Positions 62,570-64,000 of a stretch of 64,000 bases of DNA are shown one piece after another. The translations under genes were made by a program, and so were the position numbers. Location: the NCBI GenBank assembly GCA_017880775.1, contig JADGRQ010000003.1:120110-184109 (forward strand). The letters are read 5' to 3'. The DNA comes from Burkholderiales bacterium (GTDB taxonomy: Bacteria; Pseudomonadota; Gammaproteobacteria; Burkholderiales; SG8-39). Each line of letters opens with the position of its first letter. The first letter of the stretch is position 1. The notes beneath the pieces were generated by a model that worked only from the letters and a program-made list of their open reading frames with translations, made no database searches and was not told the DNA's origin.

Positions 62570-63355
62570 CTAGAACGTGCCGGGGTACTGACCACCGTCC
62601 TGCAATAGGTTCTGGCCGATGAAATAGCCGGCCTGCGCGCCGCACAGAAAGGCGCAGGCCTCGCCAAACTCCTCCGGCGTGCCGAAGCGTCCGGCGGGGA
62701 TGGCTGCCAGCAGAACCCTCGCCTGTTCGTCAAACGTCCTGCCCGCTTTTTTCGCGTTGGTCTCCATGTTCCCTCGCAGCCGGTCGGTCATGAAACGCCC
62801 GGGCAGCAGGTTGTTGATGGTGACGTTGTGCTGCGCGGCCTGGCGCGCGATGCCGGCGACGAAGCCGGTGAGGCCGCTGCGCGCGCCATTCGACAGCCCG
62901 AGTTCGGCGATCGGGGCCTTGACCGCGCCCGAGGTGATATTGACGACGCGGCCAAACTTGCGAGCGATCATGCCGTCGAGGGTGGCCTTGATCAACTCGA
63001 TTGGCGTGAGCATGTTGGCGTCGATCGCCTTGAGCCAGGTCTCGCGGTTCCACTCGCGAAAATCACCCGGCGGCGGCCCGCCGGCATTGTTCACCAGGAT
63101 GTCCGGATTCGGGCAGGCGGCGAGCAGTTGCGCCCGGCCTTGCGGCGTCGTCACGTCGCATGCGATCGCGGTTACCTTCACGCCGCTCTCTCTGCGTATC
63201 TCTTCAGCGGTGGCTTCGAGCGCTTCCCTGCCGCGCGAGTTGATGACGAGGTTTACGCCGTCGCGCGCAAGCGCCGCGGCGCAGCCCTTGCCCAAGCCCT
63301 TCGAAGCGCCGCAAACGATGGCGTTTTTTCCGCGGATGCCCAGATCCATGATCAA
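62570..63355 (-). CDS. SDR family oxidoreductase (3-oxoacyl-ACP reductase-like)
   Basis: GKNAIVCGASKGLGKG, NNAG, ...S-x12-Y-like region GLSNGARSGLTGF..., C-terminal GQNLLQDGG. Confidence 0.85.
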   Translation of the reverse strand: MIMDLGIRGKNAIVCGASKGLGKGCAAALARDGVNLVINSRGREALEATAEEIRRESGVKVTAIACDVTTPQGRAQLLAACPNPDILVNNAGGPPPGDFREWNRETWLKAIDANMLTPIELIKATLDGMIARKFGRVVNITSGAVKAPIAELGLSNGARSGLTGFVAGIARQAAQHNVTINNLLPGRFMTDRLRGNMETNAKKAGRTFDEQARVLLAAIPAGRFGTPEEFGEACAFLCGAQAGYFIGQNLLQDGGQYPGTF

Positions 63356-63478
63356 CTCCCAATCGGTTTAAATGAGGGTTTAAGTGAAACAAGCAGCACG
63401 CCGAAGATTACCAGCGGGAATTCGATCTTGCCGCTCTTTGCGACGAGGAGAGGGGGACGCATAGCGTAAAATTATATT

Positions 63479-64000
63479 ATGGCCGGTCACAGCAAATGGG
63501 CGAACATCAAACACAAGAAGGCGATCGTCGACGCCAAGAAGGGCAAGATCTTCACGCGCTTGATCAAGGAGATCACGGTGGCGGCGCGCCTGGGCGGCGG
63601 AGACCCGAACGCGAATCCGCGTCTGCGGCTGTCGATGGACAAGGCGCGCGAAGCGAACATGTCGAAGGACAGTGTGCAAAGCGCGGTCAAGCGCGGCACC
63701 GGGCAGCTCGAGGGCGTGACCTACGAAGAGATCCGCTACGAAGGCTACGGCATCGGCGGTTCGGCGATCATCGTCGACTGCATGACCGACAATCGCGTCC
63801 GCACCGTCGCGGAGGTGCGCCACGCTTTCACCAAATACGGCGGCAATCTGGGTACCGACGGCTCGGTGGATTTCATGTTCAAGCACTGCGGGCAGTTCGT
63901 GTTCGCGCCGGGCGTGAGTGAGAGCAGGGTAATGGAGGCCGCCCTCGATGCCGGAGCAGACGACGTGATCGCCAACGAAGATGGTTCGATCGAGGTGCTG
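63479..64000 (+). CDS. yebC: YebC/PmpR family DNA-binding transcriptional regulator (3' end outside window); absent from the ORF track
   Basis: ATG 63479 then [51 protein letters not shown]...YEGYGIGG..., open to the window end. Confidence 0.9.
   Translation, partial: MAGHSKWANIKHKKAIVDAKKGKIFTRLIKEITVAARLGGGDPNANPRLRLSMDKAREANMSKDSVQSAVKRGTGQLEGVTYEEIRYEGYGIGGSAIIVDCMTDNRVRTVAEVRHAFTKYGGNLGTDGSVDFMFKHCGQFVFAPGVSESRVMEAALDAGADDVIANEDGSIEVL

Overview
High-GC proteobacterial chromosome segment. Gene order and the SAH riboswitch suggest a betaproteobacterium (inference). It is almost entirely core housekeeping, densely packed on both strands. In order: ttcA (3' part); DUF3750; a class-V aminotransferase; the methyl-cycle genes metF-ahcY (behind an SAH riboswitch) and metK; two LpxL-type lipid A acyltransferases plus a Gfo/Idh/MocA oxidoreductase; dapF-DUF484-xerC; rlmI-like. 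Next comes a metal (zinc-type) uptake cluster: COG0523 GTPase, small secreted protein, outer-membrane barrel, ZnuA-like, ZnuB-like. Then hslVU; an ECF sigma/anti-sigma pair divergent from hsp20; argB; a HAD nucleotidase; slmA; moeB; ctpA; envC-like; gpmA; rhodanese-grxC-secB; gpsA; trmL; comF; bioC. A complete aa3 cytochrome oxidase cluster with its small accessory proteins follows, then a PAS histidine kinase with a NarL-type regulator, ftsYEX-rpoH, rsmD-coaD, mutM, and TPR-lolB-ispE-tRNA-Gln-prs-rplY-pth-ychF. The window ends with an acyl-CoA synthetase, gabD, iorAB-type aldehyde oxidoreductase, a hydrolase, an SDR and yebC (5' part). I found no CRISPR array, no transposase, no phage integrase and no recognisable defence system. 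The clearest anomaly is a roughly 1 kb low-GC islet between ychF and the acyl-CoA synthetase (54516-55531). It holds a nonsense-disrupted DUF1778/TacA-type antitoxin remnant, an orphan two-TM protein bracketed by a perfect 13-bp direct repeat, and an 18-bp perfect palindrome. Other points worth checking: a Cro/YdaS-type HTH module that reads without a stop into the aminotransferase, behind a palindrome-laden promoter; two genes (moeB and the response regulator) whose conserved N-termini lie upstream of any ATG/GTG/TTG; a metal-uptake cluster with no ATPase; consensus sigma-32 promoters; and unlisted micro-ORFs in the cox cluster. Most long ORFs in the six-frame track that lie antisense to these genes are high-GC artefacts.
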